Both the position numbers and the translations under genes were made by a program. The notes below the pieces were generated by a model. It had not been told where the DNA came from. It was given only the letters and a program-made list of their open reading frames with translations, and did not search any database. Positions 52,323 to 64,000 of a DNA stretch of 64,000 nt are shown here, piece by piece; position 1 is the stretch's first letter, and each line of letters opens with the position of its first letter. The stretch is from NCBI GenBank assembly GCA_965235115.1, contig OZ249436.1, positions 34,224,001-34,288,000 on the forward strand, written 5' to 3'. This DNA comes from Laetmonice hystrix. Taxonomy: Eukaryota.

Positions 52323-52370
52323 AAGCATTCAGTGCTTCTTCAGATAAACGTGTTAGTCTTATACGTCGAG
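52323..52370 (+). CDS. Candidate 48-nt exon (xAFSASSDKRVSLIRR)
   Basis: Long T-rich tract ending gatag and consensus donor GAG|GTGAGT. Phase 1-to-1, compatible with the phase-1 start of exon 58581. Confidence 0.4.
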
Positions 52371-54039
52371 GTGAGTGTTTCCTTTGGGTAGTCAGTTGGA
52401 CATGTTGACATGTATTTGCTAAGAGCTTTGTTATTTTCAATGTGTAACCTTTAGCCGTGCACTGACATGATCGGCCGACTTATAGTCCATGATTTGGATG
52501 TAGCACGGTGGAGATCTTGTACAATTAGGTAGTTCCAGAGACGGTCATCCTTGATCTGTGGTACCTTTTTCACTCGTATGCTGGTTTGTGAACTTTATTC
52601 ACAAAGTTAAAGCTATTCTAGTATTGGTTTAGACCGTTCGTGGGTCACACATCATTGCACTTGCCCGATATAATCACGTAAGCATGTATCTGATGGTATA
52701 TTTGTGACATATAGCGTGTGGTGTGGTGAATTGTGTAAGCGGAATCCGTATGAACTACAGGATGTTCCGGATTTGATCGATGTGTGGCCACATGATATCG
52801 ATAGTCCCCCCCCCGGTTATAACCTGCTAGTCGCGTAAGTCGGCCAGTGGATGATGTAAGCTTTCCCCAACGTTCTCCGAAAGTCGTTTGTATTCACGGT
52901 GAAACACATCAGTGGCGATTGTATTTGAAGAATTCCGAATCATTATTCCTCAATTGGAGCAAAGAAGAGAAGTGGGCCGGGTTTTCTCTGTCATGTAAAA
53001 TCCACGTGAATGGGCCGGCGTTTTTTGTTGGGTGATACCTGATGCCATTTCCAAGTTGGTGTGTCAGGTGACCTCTATAGTAGAGAAGGTCAGACCCATT
53101 GTAGTATGCAGTCCTTTGGTATCAGCAGTAGTTTCAGTGGAATTTTATACTTTATTAACTGAACTTGACTTCTACTGGTGTAGACTGCAAGCCTTGTAGA
53201 TTCTCATTATCTTAGGTAAGGTAAATGGTCTTGAACTATTGAACGTCACATGCATCGGTTTCACTCCTTCATGCGATATGTGACCATAGAGCTGGGGGGC
53301 AGGGACATGTGTAAGAGAAAATACACCATTGTAACATACAACGAAAACTGCTGGGGAGAAGAGAACAAATGGAGTTGTCGGTGAGCAAATAAGAGCACAC
53401 CACCCCCCCCCCCCGACCTGCCTTAGTAAACCACTAGGTTGTGGTAGGGATACGGTGACTAGAGTACCGTAGTGTTATAGGTATGTGTGGAGGCAAGGCG
53501 GTAGCGAATTCCATCGTGTTGGTCTTGTCAAGACTCGGTCACCTGACCTTCCCAATAAACAGTGGCCTTTTCGTTATTTGCGGTCAACCCGGTCAAAGCC
53601 GGTTGACTCTGATTGAGGATTCCCAAGGCTGAAAACTAATAGAGCCATTTAACCCCACTGGTCACCTTCCTGGACGGTCCAAGGCTGACCATTACCGTGG
53701 ACAGTTCACAAATCATCGTCTCATTGGAACTAAATGCGACTGTCCATTGGCCTTCAGGGCACAAATAAAGCCCATGCTTTGCTTCTTTCGCCCTGTACAA
53801 TTCAGCAGAGAATAGTGGCTTGAACCTTCATAGTTAGCTTTCAATGAAGCGCGTTATGGACGAGCAATTGTCACTTGACCCGGGACTGGACAGGGATAAC
53901 TGGGCCCGTAGGATCAGGCGTGAACTACCGAGTCGGTGGGGTGGGGGGGGGGAGTTGTGCTTACCAAGGTCATCCAAAGGTCCTTACCGTAGGTGCCGTA
54001 CCCTGACCCCGCGGCCCAGATGCCATTGATAGAACCAGG

Positions 54040-54280
54040 CTATCATTCTATGCCGACCGGTGGGGTTTAACGCCCATCAATGTATCCCGCTAACCACAAG
54101 CGATCTCCTATTCCACGGAGGTCGACAATAACATTGAGCTCTCTCTCATCAATGCTGCTCAGCCATCACAAAGTAGCCTGACCTTTCACAAAGCGCCAAG
54201 ACCCGTAGCCGAAGAGAAAACACCATCGCATGTCTCACACCAGTCGGGTCGTACTTACACAATTGACTTTTAAACCGTCC
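54040..54280 (+). mobile_element. Possible non-LTR APE endonuclease remnant
   Basis: VGFNAH (cf. GDFNAH) is followed in another frame by ELSLIN...TF...SGRTYTIDF (cf. L..LN..PTF...S.IDL). The match is weak. Confidence 0.2.
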
Positions 54281-56047
54281 TCGATCGACATGTTATTTGG
54301 TGGAGAACCCGTGGAGAACCCGTACGTATTGAATGGGGGCTGCAGTCGGGCCCACACAGCCAGCATTGCTGATCCTGCTCAACTGATCAGCGTGACATGC
54401 TGAGAAAACGACATTGGTAAATTTGTTTGAGCTGGGCTGTAGTCCGAGTCATACTGAGTGGTCGGCTGATGCCATGTTAGAGGCCAGCAGTGTAAAGAGT
54501 TCAATGTCGGCTTCAAACCTGGTTTCCATTGGTCAGCTGATGATGGCAGAGCGACAGCTAGCATGATGCCAGTTAACATTGTTAGTTAAGGACCCAAGAC
54601 AACCCATGTTAGCTGTGCATGCGACCCAACAACATGTCAAGCATCAGACATGCTGAGGCTCAGGGTTAGATTTGTTTTCTATCTCACAACACCAGAGAAG
54701 CATGTGCTGACCCGTGTCATTAATGTCCCCAGTGTCAGGTACCTATGGGACACGATACGCGTCCAGAACCTGTTTTTCACCCAATCCAATATATACAGGT
54801 CGTTGGGGGGACCATTATTAGTATGACAGCGAGGGCATAGCCATAGCTCAAACAAGTGTATGAACCTGTTTACTTTCATAATGACACGGGGTTTTGTATG
54901 AGGGATATGCATGGCGGTTTTTGTAACGTGTTCCATTATGACCAAACGACCATAACTTCGTTCCTGCCCTAGAATGAGGTCACCCCGGTGCAGGGTAACT
55001 ATATTGATAATCGACGGTCATAGGGGGAGGGGGAGTCACAATGAGGTTTATTGTCATTATATTGACCTTTTATGTTATATATGATTGAAAAGTACGAAAC
55101 CAAACTATTGCTAATATTAATGTATTAAAGATAACGTGTTTTGGAAGCATTGGTATTAATAGCATGGTTAGTCATGTGACACACACTGACCTTCATTGAC
55201 CTTTCTTGTAGCTTTTCGAAAGTCAGAGGATGTATGGAAAAACAGAATGTACGCTTCAAAAACATAATTGTGTTAATTAACCTGTTGATTCCGGTCGAGT
55301 CGAGTCTGGTCGAGTTGTATGGACATTCTCCAGAACCTCCAGGTTTGAATGTCTTTTATCTTTACCATTTTACCATTTGGTGTCACATAAGAGCAAGCTG
55401 AAGAGCCGACTTGGCACCCACATACCAATGTGAACTGCTTTGCTACAGAAAACAGACATGTCTCTAAAATTAAGATACAAAAAGGATGATAATGGTTTGT
55501 AATAGTCCTCCTATATGACTGGATATCTTTTATCCAGGTTTACCGATGGTTGGGAGGTGTATTTTCACATTAGTGGGGTGGGGCATGTTAGTGGAGCCTT
55601 CCATCACCCGATGTTATATTAATGAGCAGCAGCAGAAGCCGGGCCAGCTGTAGCCGGGCCAGCTGCCAGCACAGTTGCGGAGCCGGCCGGCCGGCTGATG
55701 GAGGCAGATCACACCGCTATGTTTAGATGAGATTAAAGTTTCATGACATTCAGTGTTGGTTAGCCCGGCCGAGGTGTCACGCTGTCAGTGACGGTCACAA
55801 CTCAGCTGGCAGACACCAGTCACAGGGGATACCTAAGTGGATGTAATCATTGGCTTTCTATCCACAGAAGAGCATCTTTATACGTAGCAGGACGCTAGGA
55901 GTTCTTACTGAAGGCACAATATCTGGTCATTGAAAGTCTTACATGCAACCAGTTTCCTGCAGTTGTTTCTAAAGTCTTTGTGTATTAATCGCCAAATTTA
56001 TAAAAGCAGGCCGGAGAAGAGGAAGACTCTGAGGTCCTTTAGAATGG

Positions 56048-56158
56048 CAGTATTGAAAGGACCTTAGGTCATTCAGTATTGAAAGGACCTTAGGTTATTC
56101 AGTATTGAAAGGACCTTAGGTCATTCAGTATTGAAAGGACCTTAGGTCATTCAGTATT
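56048..56158. repeat. 26-bp tandem repeat, four units plus a partial unit
   Basis: CAGTATTGAAAGGACCTTAGGTCATT repeated; each unit contains the odd palindrome GACCTTAGGTC (disrupted in unit 2). Confidence 0.95.
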
Positions 56159-58580
56159 CATAGAAATCATGCAACAGTACCATGCAGTTTCAAGTTTATT
56201 CGCTCCGAGCCCCTACTTTTCTGGTTTCACATTTCATGGATCAAGTATTGAGATACGGAATGTCCCTATAAAAGATAACGAGAAGTTGTTACGGAGTGAC
56301 GTGGGGGCCAGGCCGGTTGAGGCTATGGACCTAACGCCGGTCTAAATTGTTGACCCGAGTGGATGCGGACCGCTTGGGTTGGCTGTGATGATGGACTGGT
56401 AGTTGGTAAGAGCCCATCACCGTAACCATCGACCGTCTGTGATGAGGTGGTTAGTCTTCCCTCCTCCTCCTCTTCCTCCCCCCTCGGCCGACTGATGGCC
56501 AGTTCACCTCACTCCTCTGGCCACATGAAGGAGGTTATAGATCTCGGATAGATCCTACAGCTGCCATTAGTGTCACTTGCAGCACTTGACAAGCTGCTTG
56601 TTAAGCCGGGGCCATGTACAGATCCTGAAATGGCACTTGGGGAAAGGAAAGACGATAGAAACCATGCAAGTACGGTCCGTTGACTTGTTTCCATCTGTCC
56701 GTTCGTACGTACGTACGGAGATTATGCCCCTCCGTCTGGCGGTTTGAGGTAACTGCGGTACGTATCGTGGTCCTGCTGGTTTACGGCCATCACGGCCTGT
56801 TGATACGTCCGGACTGAGGCAGGGTCCCGTGTGAACCGCCAATACACGAGGGCAGATGGTGGGCAGCGATCAGCAATGTTTGCCTTATTCATAACACTAG
56901 CATGGGTCATGTTGTACCGTGGGCCGCCGCTATTCCCGGTCCAATCAAAAGTCAACATGAAGGAAGGGTTGGCTACAGGAGTGTGCAGCAGACACCGAGA
57001 TGAGGAGTTCTGTCAGGGCAGTCGGTGGTAGGTCCTCATGTCGGCTACTCCTGCTCTTGCTCCTCCTTCCCCCTCCTTGGACAGGAACGGGAGAACAAGG
57101 CAATGACTCCCAGCCTTTCATGTTGGTTTCTGCGTGAAGTAAGGGTTGATTTTCAAGAGTGACAATGGTCTCAACAGCTTCCAACTATTTGACAGGTAAA
57201 ATTTCATTGACCTTTTCTATGAAAGGGAAAGCTTGATGAGTTTGAGAGAGACCGCGGCACGTTCTGAGTATGGGTCGATATAGATTTCAGTACTTCAGTA
57301 TGTGACTGGAACTTCAGTACATGTCAAATACTCCTGTGGATGAAGGGATATGTCATAAACAAAGTATACCCCTGGCTATAGCAGGCAGGAACATGGTCTC
57401 GGTGAGATCAAGTACTTGTACAGCAGCAATCAAGTACATTTGTACCAATAGCATGATCGTTGTAATGCTCTCTGCCAATCGCCCTTAAACCTGCACGGAA
57501 TTATGCTGGACGGTTCAGACGTGGTATTTATTGCTCAATGATTAATCCTATATATTCACATACCTTGAACGTAACACGTTCGGAGCCAAGTTTGTATAAG
57601 TCTGACACCTCTGAAGTTACTCTGGCGACTTTAAGGAGGTCTTTATGAAGGCACGTGAGGGGCGAACCGTTGTGTTCAAAAAGTCCCGATGGCGGTCAAA
57701 GGCTATGATCCGCGTAAGTCGCTAATTACGGTTATTGCTAAGTGGCGGTTTGCTGGGTTTGAGTTGTGACTGGAGTTAACGGTTTGGGTGTTTGTAGTTG
57801 CAGTGAGCTGAGTAATACTGATTCTGGTTGAGTAACCGTCCCAGGACCGTGGGGGAGAAAGCTCTCCGTGTGAGCAAGGCCAGTGACCAGAGCACCTGTG
57901 ATACATAGATTCTTGTGAACATAAAGGTTATCGGAGTACGGGAGAGTATCCTGACAGGGACAACTTGTGTCACACCGTGGTCAGTGAAGGTCTTACAGCA
58001 AGGGTACCGATCATCAGACAGGCTAAGATACTGGATGGCAGACTAACGACATGGCTGTCGTCCTGTGATCCACAGTCGAAATGTCACCTCAGGTAATTAA
58101 GGCTGGCGATCTGAGTGTACCTAATAAATAAGGCATGAATGCAATAGAATATAATGTCCCACTCCCGTAATAAGGCCTTCATTAAGTCACACAATGGCTC
58201 TAAATGAGGTGGAAAACTATATGGTCCAGAACCGTTACTTCATAAATATTGACCTTGAAATACGGATAAATAGGATACAGGTACATGGTGTGAAGGCTTT
58301 AGGTCTCGGAATCCGTCTAAGGTTTTTCTACCTTCCAGGCATGTATTAAAGGCTTGAACTGACATGTTTAGTTTGATGTTTGAACCTTTGTATTTTGACG
58401 TCCTACTGTCGGTTAAAGGGGAATGCTGTTGATGTGTTTTAGGGAGAAGTCAGTTTTTGTCCGAGTCGAGGTCTCCAAGCAGAGAATGTCACTCAGGGCT
58501 TTAGAACGATTCGCCGTGTTTCGACAAAAACCATGAAACCTGTGTTTTGTCCTGATCCTGTTCCTGCGGTGTGTTTTTAG

Positions 58581-59266
58581 GGGTTAGCGGAGAACCGACG
58601 GAGATGGAGATCATCCCCTTGAGAAGCAGGAGGACCAGTTCCTCCAGGCGAGGACCGGTGGTAGAGGATGACGAGGAGTGTAGGACGTCCACAGGAGGAG
58701 GTTCACGATCCAGTGGTTCGGGTGACGGCTCACATGACGGGAGGTCGTCCCGGCCCCGCCGGAGGTCCACAGGAGAGTGTCTGACCTCCAACACCTGCAG
58801 GACGGCGGCAGCAGATGGCCAAGGCGGGACCGCTGTGGGAGGTCAGCTAGGGGACGGTGGGGACAGTCAGACCACAGGGATCATAGCGACCTCAGCCGGG
58901 GTGCAGGGCACGGCCCAGGTCAGCACGTCTAGGTACCATAACTTCACACTACCCAGGGAGAGGTCCTCCTTGCACAGTCAGACGTTAGACCTGACGCCGG
59001 TCGCTGAGGTCCCCTCCACTCCGGGCAGTCCAGGCCGGTCCAACATCGACCAACAAGTGTCTCTCCACCTGGCCTCCAGGGCTGCACTCTCCTCCTGTGC
59101 CTACTCCAGGAGTTTCTCGTCCCTATCACACCTACCGTCCACTAACCGGCCATGGTCCCTGAGACAGAGCCGAGTTCAGGCCCCACACGTGGCCCTCAGG
59201 AGGTCGAGGACTCTGCTCGGCAGACAACACAACAAAACTGGGAGGAAGAACGCTCCCGACAAGCAG
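58581..59266 (+). CDS. Penultimate exon of an unidentified gene (228 codons, Ser/Gly/Arg-rich, probably disordered)
   Basis: It lies within the 239-codon ORF 58571-59290. Acceptor ...gcggtgtgtttttag at 58580 and donor CAG|GTTAGT at 59267; phase 1-to-0, matching the next exon. Confidence 0.65.
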
Positions 59267-61667
59267 GTTAGTGGAGTCAAGTCGTTGTAGATTATCAGGC
59301 TTTTGTCGTTCCTCTAATAGATTCCACATCTAGAAGTTTATATTCATCAGGATATCATTTTTCCACTCCTCTTTTCTTTTACATGAAAGAGTCTTGCCTG
59401 CAAACTGGTAACTTTCTATTGCTTCACGTTTTCACATGTTACAGCTACAGCATACATTTTACTAAAAGTCAAAATAAGTTAATATTTAAAATAATAGAAT
59501 CGTATCGTCTATATATAGACCATAGAACGATGTAAATTCAACACTCCTACTGGTGAACATCCACCATGTGTGCTAGAGTCATTGCAAGGCAGCACAGCAA
59601 ATTGCTCATCCAGCATATGCAGCAGTCGCTTATTATATTAGAGGTCATCATTATTGTAGTTGTTAATGAGGACAAAATCATTTCCTATTTGGGCAGCCCA
59701 GTCATGTCGCCTGACAGAGACTCTAGTGAGAGTGGCCAAGTGTTGACCAGTCCATAGAGACCAGTCTTATTAGAGCTGCTTTAAGATGAAATTATTGGAC
59801 AACAATGCCAATGGCCCCTGCAAATTTCCTGAAGCATGCAGTTCTCTTGTGTGCGTCTGGTGGTGGGGCCATTGTATGGAGGGACGGTGGCGGGTTGGTG
59901 CGGCTCGCTGGGCGCCCCCACACCTATTGTCTGCCGGTCAGCCTCTGCATTCGGAAATGGAATTACCACGGGGCGGCCAATCATTTCTACAAAACTACCC
60001 ACCTTGATTAGTTTGATATGTTTGCAATTGCTCATTTCAAAATTAAACTGATACAAGAGCATTATGGGAAGTGTCCACTGGTTTGGAAACACATATGCCG
60101 AGAGGATAAGAAGTAAGGTACTTTTCTTTAGAACCGTTGGAAGAGTTCCTGCAGTGCAGCTGACACACTCGCTAGATTGCATGACATGTACCAGATTCAT
60201 GCCTTGGATGAATTAAGGAATCCATTAAGTGTAGTACCTCTCTCCTTGAAAAAAACCCATGAAAACTGCTTAAAAACTGGAGTTGGCCACGAAGTGCATA
60301 GGCTAGCATCATGCAAACCTCTATCTAGAAAAAAATGGCTTCTGTAGATTCAAAGCATCTTTGGATTGTTTATCCGGAGACAACCCAACAACATGGATGG
60401 CTTGGGGGAGGTAAATTACAGCCCAACGGTCAGTACTGCTCAGAGACTAATTGGTGAGCAATCAGTAGCCAGGTACTGAGTGTGCACTTATGTTAATGGT
60501 CAAAGTCTGAGCTAGATCCCAGTTACAAGGTCACCTCAGGAAACAGTGGTCATCTGGCTTCTAATAGGTGCAGCCACTAATGTGGGACAACAAGCTATCA
60601 AAGGGCCATTATCATCCTGACATGTGCTCCAGCACGGTACGCTAGGCCCACCCCGGCACTCGGCTCAGTGTGAACCATACTTGAAATACCTGCTTCCTGA
60701 AGCAATCTTTCTCCTATTATCACTCATTGAGAAGTCATGGGATTACGAGCTCTGTGCGGACACATGCATTTGGTCACTGTTTTAGATTGATGACACTTGG
60801 CATGAACCCGGGGTCCAACAGCGGAAGACCCTAGTTACCCTTGTCATGCTGAGTGACCATTTCAATCCAATTTTACTTCTTTCTACACAAAAGACAGCAA
60901 GAGTCTCGAAGCCATGAGGGGTGGTTGTTTTCGACTTTTTGTCGGAGATTGCGGTGTATGAGTAAAGATGTTTAACATTGGTGTTGAAGTCGTGATTATG
61001 AAAGCTTAAAAGATGGGTCATCTAAATAGGGCATTTCGAGGGAAAAATAGAACACAATAAAAACAAGGTCACTTTGATTTGAAAGTTAGAAGATGAATCG
61101 ATCTTAGTAAATGCAGGCAAACCACAATGACATAGGAACCGCCAATCTGACACGACGCCATGGAACTGTTATCATGTGACAGACGTCACAAAAAGGTCCA
61201 ATGGGCGGCCATGGAGCTGCTGATTACTAGGAACCGGTGTGTATTTCGGCAACCTCAGAATATCAGGGCTCAACTCATTTGTGAGGAGTGTTATTAACCT
61301 GACTGCATGTTCTTTCATGTTCATTTAGCCTTTCATGTTTCACTGTGGCTGCCGGGGGAAGTTCCCCGTGCGGCCCGAGTTAATTAATTATGAGAATCAC
61401 AGCCGAGCTGCCTGCCGCTTCCATCTCCCTGTATGAAGCAGCGCTTGGGTTTCAGTCTTCGTCTTCCCTTTGAGATGGGATTACAGCCAGCAATTACACG
61501 ATAGGAAGCTACCCGCATGTGGTTTGCCCAAACTGTGTGGTTGGCTTTGTTGTGGCCTCGCTGCGCTAACACTCAAAGCCTATCGCTCTCACTCGCCCGT
61601 CGCATATGACACCTCAAATGCCTTCTCACTTTTTTCTCTCAACCCTCCAATTGGTTATGTTTTTCAG

Positions 61668-62195
61668 GTGACATCCAAGGAACCAAACGCGCCACAGGAG
61701 TATGCCCTGATGACGCCGCGCACTGTGACTCTGCTGATAGCAGACGACATTGACAGTCTTCCCGGAAACCAACGCGTCAGAATTCCCGCCAAAATGTACC
61801 CTCGACACTTTAGTGCATCAGAAACGGACCTGGCGGCGGGACGTTCTGGGCGCGCCAGAGAAGGTTCCAGGGGACCCCCTCCAAAACAACGGCAGGACTC
61901 CGGTCCTGTTCATTCCAGCAAACCTCAGCTCAATTTGTCAAGGGGGCGGACTTTGGTGGCCACAAATTGGGGGGTGCGGCCCCATCCCAGCGGTGGCCCT
62001 CCAGGGGGTAAGATAGGCAGTGAAGGCTCGCTCCCTGGGAGGCAAATGCCAGGTAGCGTCGACGAGCAGGTAATCAGTGCTACAAACCAGTGTGAACTTC
62101 TTACAACAAGGACGGCCCCAACCAGCAGGAGGACTCTAAACATTAACAGGAGGACCAGGGCAGGTATCCTCCCTACCAAACCTCCGCGGGAATAA
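61668..62195 (+). CDS. Terminal exon of the same unidentified gene (VTSKEPNAPQEY...PTKPPRE*)
   Basis: Strong pyrimidine tract ending ttatgtttttcag at 61667. The phase-0 start joins in frame to 59266 and is open to TAA at 62193-62195. Confidence 0.65.
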   Translation: MTSKEPNAPQEYALMTPRTVTLLIADDIDSLPGNQRVRIPAKMYPRHFSASETDLAAGRSGRAREGSRGPPPKQRQDSGPVHSSKPQLNLSRGRTLVATNWGVRPHPSGGPPGGKIGSEGSLPGRQMPGSVDEQVISATNQCELLTTRTAPTSRRTLNINRRTRAGILPTKPPRE

Positions 62196-62381
62196 TTCAA
62201 ACACGAACTCAGGGTGTAGGTCGGAATATCATCGACATACTGCATGATATACAGTTCTGAGGTTACAAGGGCACCATTGCTGAAACCATCATCGACTGAA
62301 TAATCTCCAGGACGCCGTGCCTTATAATCGGTGTGGTGAACTGATCCTGCCTAAAAGTGTATGTTCTGTGATTACTATGGA

Positions 62382-62387
62382 AATAAA
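62382..62387 (+). terminator. Candidate polyadenylation signal AATAAA
   Basis: Hexamer about 190 nt after the putative stop codon. Confidence 0.3.
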
Positions 62388-63147
62388 AAGATAATCCCCA
62401 AAAAAGATGTTTTGATGTTATGGAAAATGACCCACCCCCCTTGACTTCCCAGTTCAGTGTTGATTGCTTGAGGCTAGTTTTCATCCTGAATACTCAGCCT
62501 GCCAGCCTACTAGTACTTTGGTTGTACCTAGAAATACATTCAAAAAATTCAAAAATAGGTTATGCATATGAAACGGTATTTTCGTGTAAATATAGTATTA
62601 TAGGAAAAAATATATTTGTTCCCAGAAAATGTCCACTTTGTTCCATTAAGCTCTACACCGTGACAGTGTTGTGGCAGAGTCTCCCCCCTTTTTCTCAGCG
62701 TCACACTTAACTCGCCGCAGGGCTCATAGCAAGAGACCCCCCCCCCCTCCCCCTCCCTCTCCCTCCCCTTCCAGCCCCCGCCTTTTTTCATATCCAGGCC
62801 AGACTGCCCCGTCCATCCACTCCCACCACCATCATTATATTAGGCACAAATTAATAGCCATAATAGCCCTGCTGACCCCCCACTGGACATGATCGGTGGT
62901 CAGCTGAGACTAGCTGACCAGTGGCAGGAAGGGAGGACGGAGACAGGGAAGGACCGCCACAATGTCAGACGATGGTTGTTCAGACAATAATATACACGGA
63001 CTGTACGTAGACTACACCATACAGGCTGTGGGTCTCTATTCAGTGGTTGTAGTATGGCTATAGGTATTGGAGCCTGATTTTGTTTTAAAAGTCACAGGCC
63101 CACAAAATGTTCATAATAAGGAAAGCCTACCATATATTAACATGCAG

Positions 63148-63972
63148 TTTATCCCGTGAGGATATATAAGATATTTCTTAGTTATAAACTCTGTCCCGTG
63201 ATTATCATATCTAGGTTATAGTGTTTAATCAAGAGTTTAAACGATTACACTTTATCCCGTGAGGATATATAAGATATTTCTTAGTTATAAACTCTGTCCC
63301 GCGATTATCATATCTAGGTTATAGTGTTTAATCAAGAGTTTAAACGATTACACTTTATCCCGTCAGGATATATAAGATATTTCTTAGTTATAAACTCTGT
63401 CCCGTGATTATCATATCTAGGATATAGTGTTTAATCAAGAGTTTAAACGATTACACTTTATCCCGTGAGGATATATAAGATATTTCTTAGTTATAAACTC
63501 TGTCCCGTGATTATCATATCTAGGTTATAGTGTTTAATCAAGAGTTTAAACGATTACACTTTATCCCGTCAGGATATATAAGATATTTCTTAGTTATAAA
63601 CTCTGTCCCGTGATTATCATATCTAGGTTATAGTGTTTAATCAAGAGTTTAAACGATTACACTTTATCCCGTCAGGATATATAAGATATTTCTTAGTTAT
63701 AAACTCTGTCCCGTGATTATCATATCTAGGTTATAGTGTTTAATCAAGAGTTTAAACGATTACACTTTATCCCGTCAGGATATATAAGATATTTCTTAGT
63801 TATAAACTCTGTCCCGCGATTATCATATCTAGGATATAGTGTTTAATCAAGAGTTTAAACGATTACACTTTATCCCGTCAGGATATATAAGATATTTCTT
63901 AGTTATAAACTCTGTCCCGTGATTATCATATCTAGGTTATAGTGTTTAATCAAGAGTTTAAACGATTACACT
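63148..63972. repeat. 103-bp AT-rich tandem array, 8 near-identical units
   Basis: ATCCCGT(G/C)AGGATATATAAG starts at 63151, 63254, 63357, 63460, 63563, 63666, 63769 and 63872. There are only three variable sites. Confidence 0.97.
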
Positions 63973-64000
63973 TGTATTGTTATATTCACCAAATCAGAGT

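Noticed and set aside
42850-60200. Remaining 100-160 aa ORFs in the track (for example 42850-43215 and 59781-60200)
   Set aside because: No domain motifs or splice support, and their lengths are within chance expectation.
12521-62760. About 20 homopolymer G/C runs of 9-15 nt as a functional signal
   Set aside because: They are dispersed, often at repeat ends, with no periodicity. They are likely genome background, and run lengths are prone to sequencing error.
10469-63972. Tandem arrays as CRISPR arrays
   Set aside because: Units are contiguous and near-identical with no unique spacers. There are no cas genes and the context is eukaryotic.

Overview
Eukaryotic (metazoan) genomic DNA, mostly intronic or intergenic. 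It is not prokaryotic: there is no operon-like ORF density, and I found no rRNA, tRNA or CRISPR. The best-supported gene signal is the 3' end of a + strand spliced gene. It has two long, phase-compatible exons (58581-59266 and 61668-62195 stop) encoding a low-complexity, probably disordered C-terminus, and weaker candidate exons upstream (42307-42476, 52323-52370). No conserved domain was recognised, so no gene symbol is given. Several small - strand exon candidates are weaker still. The most solid structures are repeats. There are seven unrelated tandem arrays (units of 64, 32, 93, 79/73, 39-to-20, 26 and 103 bp). There are also three non-autonomous DNA-transposon-like elements: an 854-bp TA-flanked MITE inserted into a satellite, a ~440-bp TTAA-flanked foldback element, and a 268-bp short-TIR element. 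Heavily decayed CR1/L2-like LINE and Ty3/Gypsy-like fragments were recognised only by eye from remembered motifs. I found no convincing complete novel system. The observations most worth following up are the MITE inside the satellite, the foldback hairpin, two arrays with stop-free - strands and codon-multiple units, and the unidentified spliced gene(s). Family assignments are from memory of consensus motifs, not database searches.
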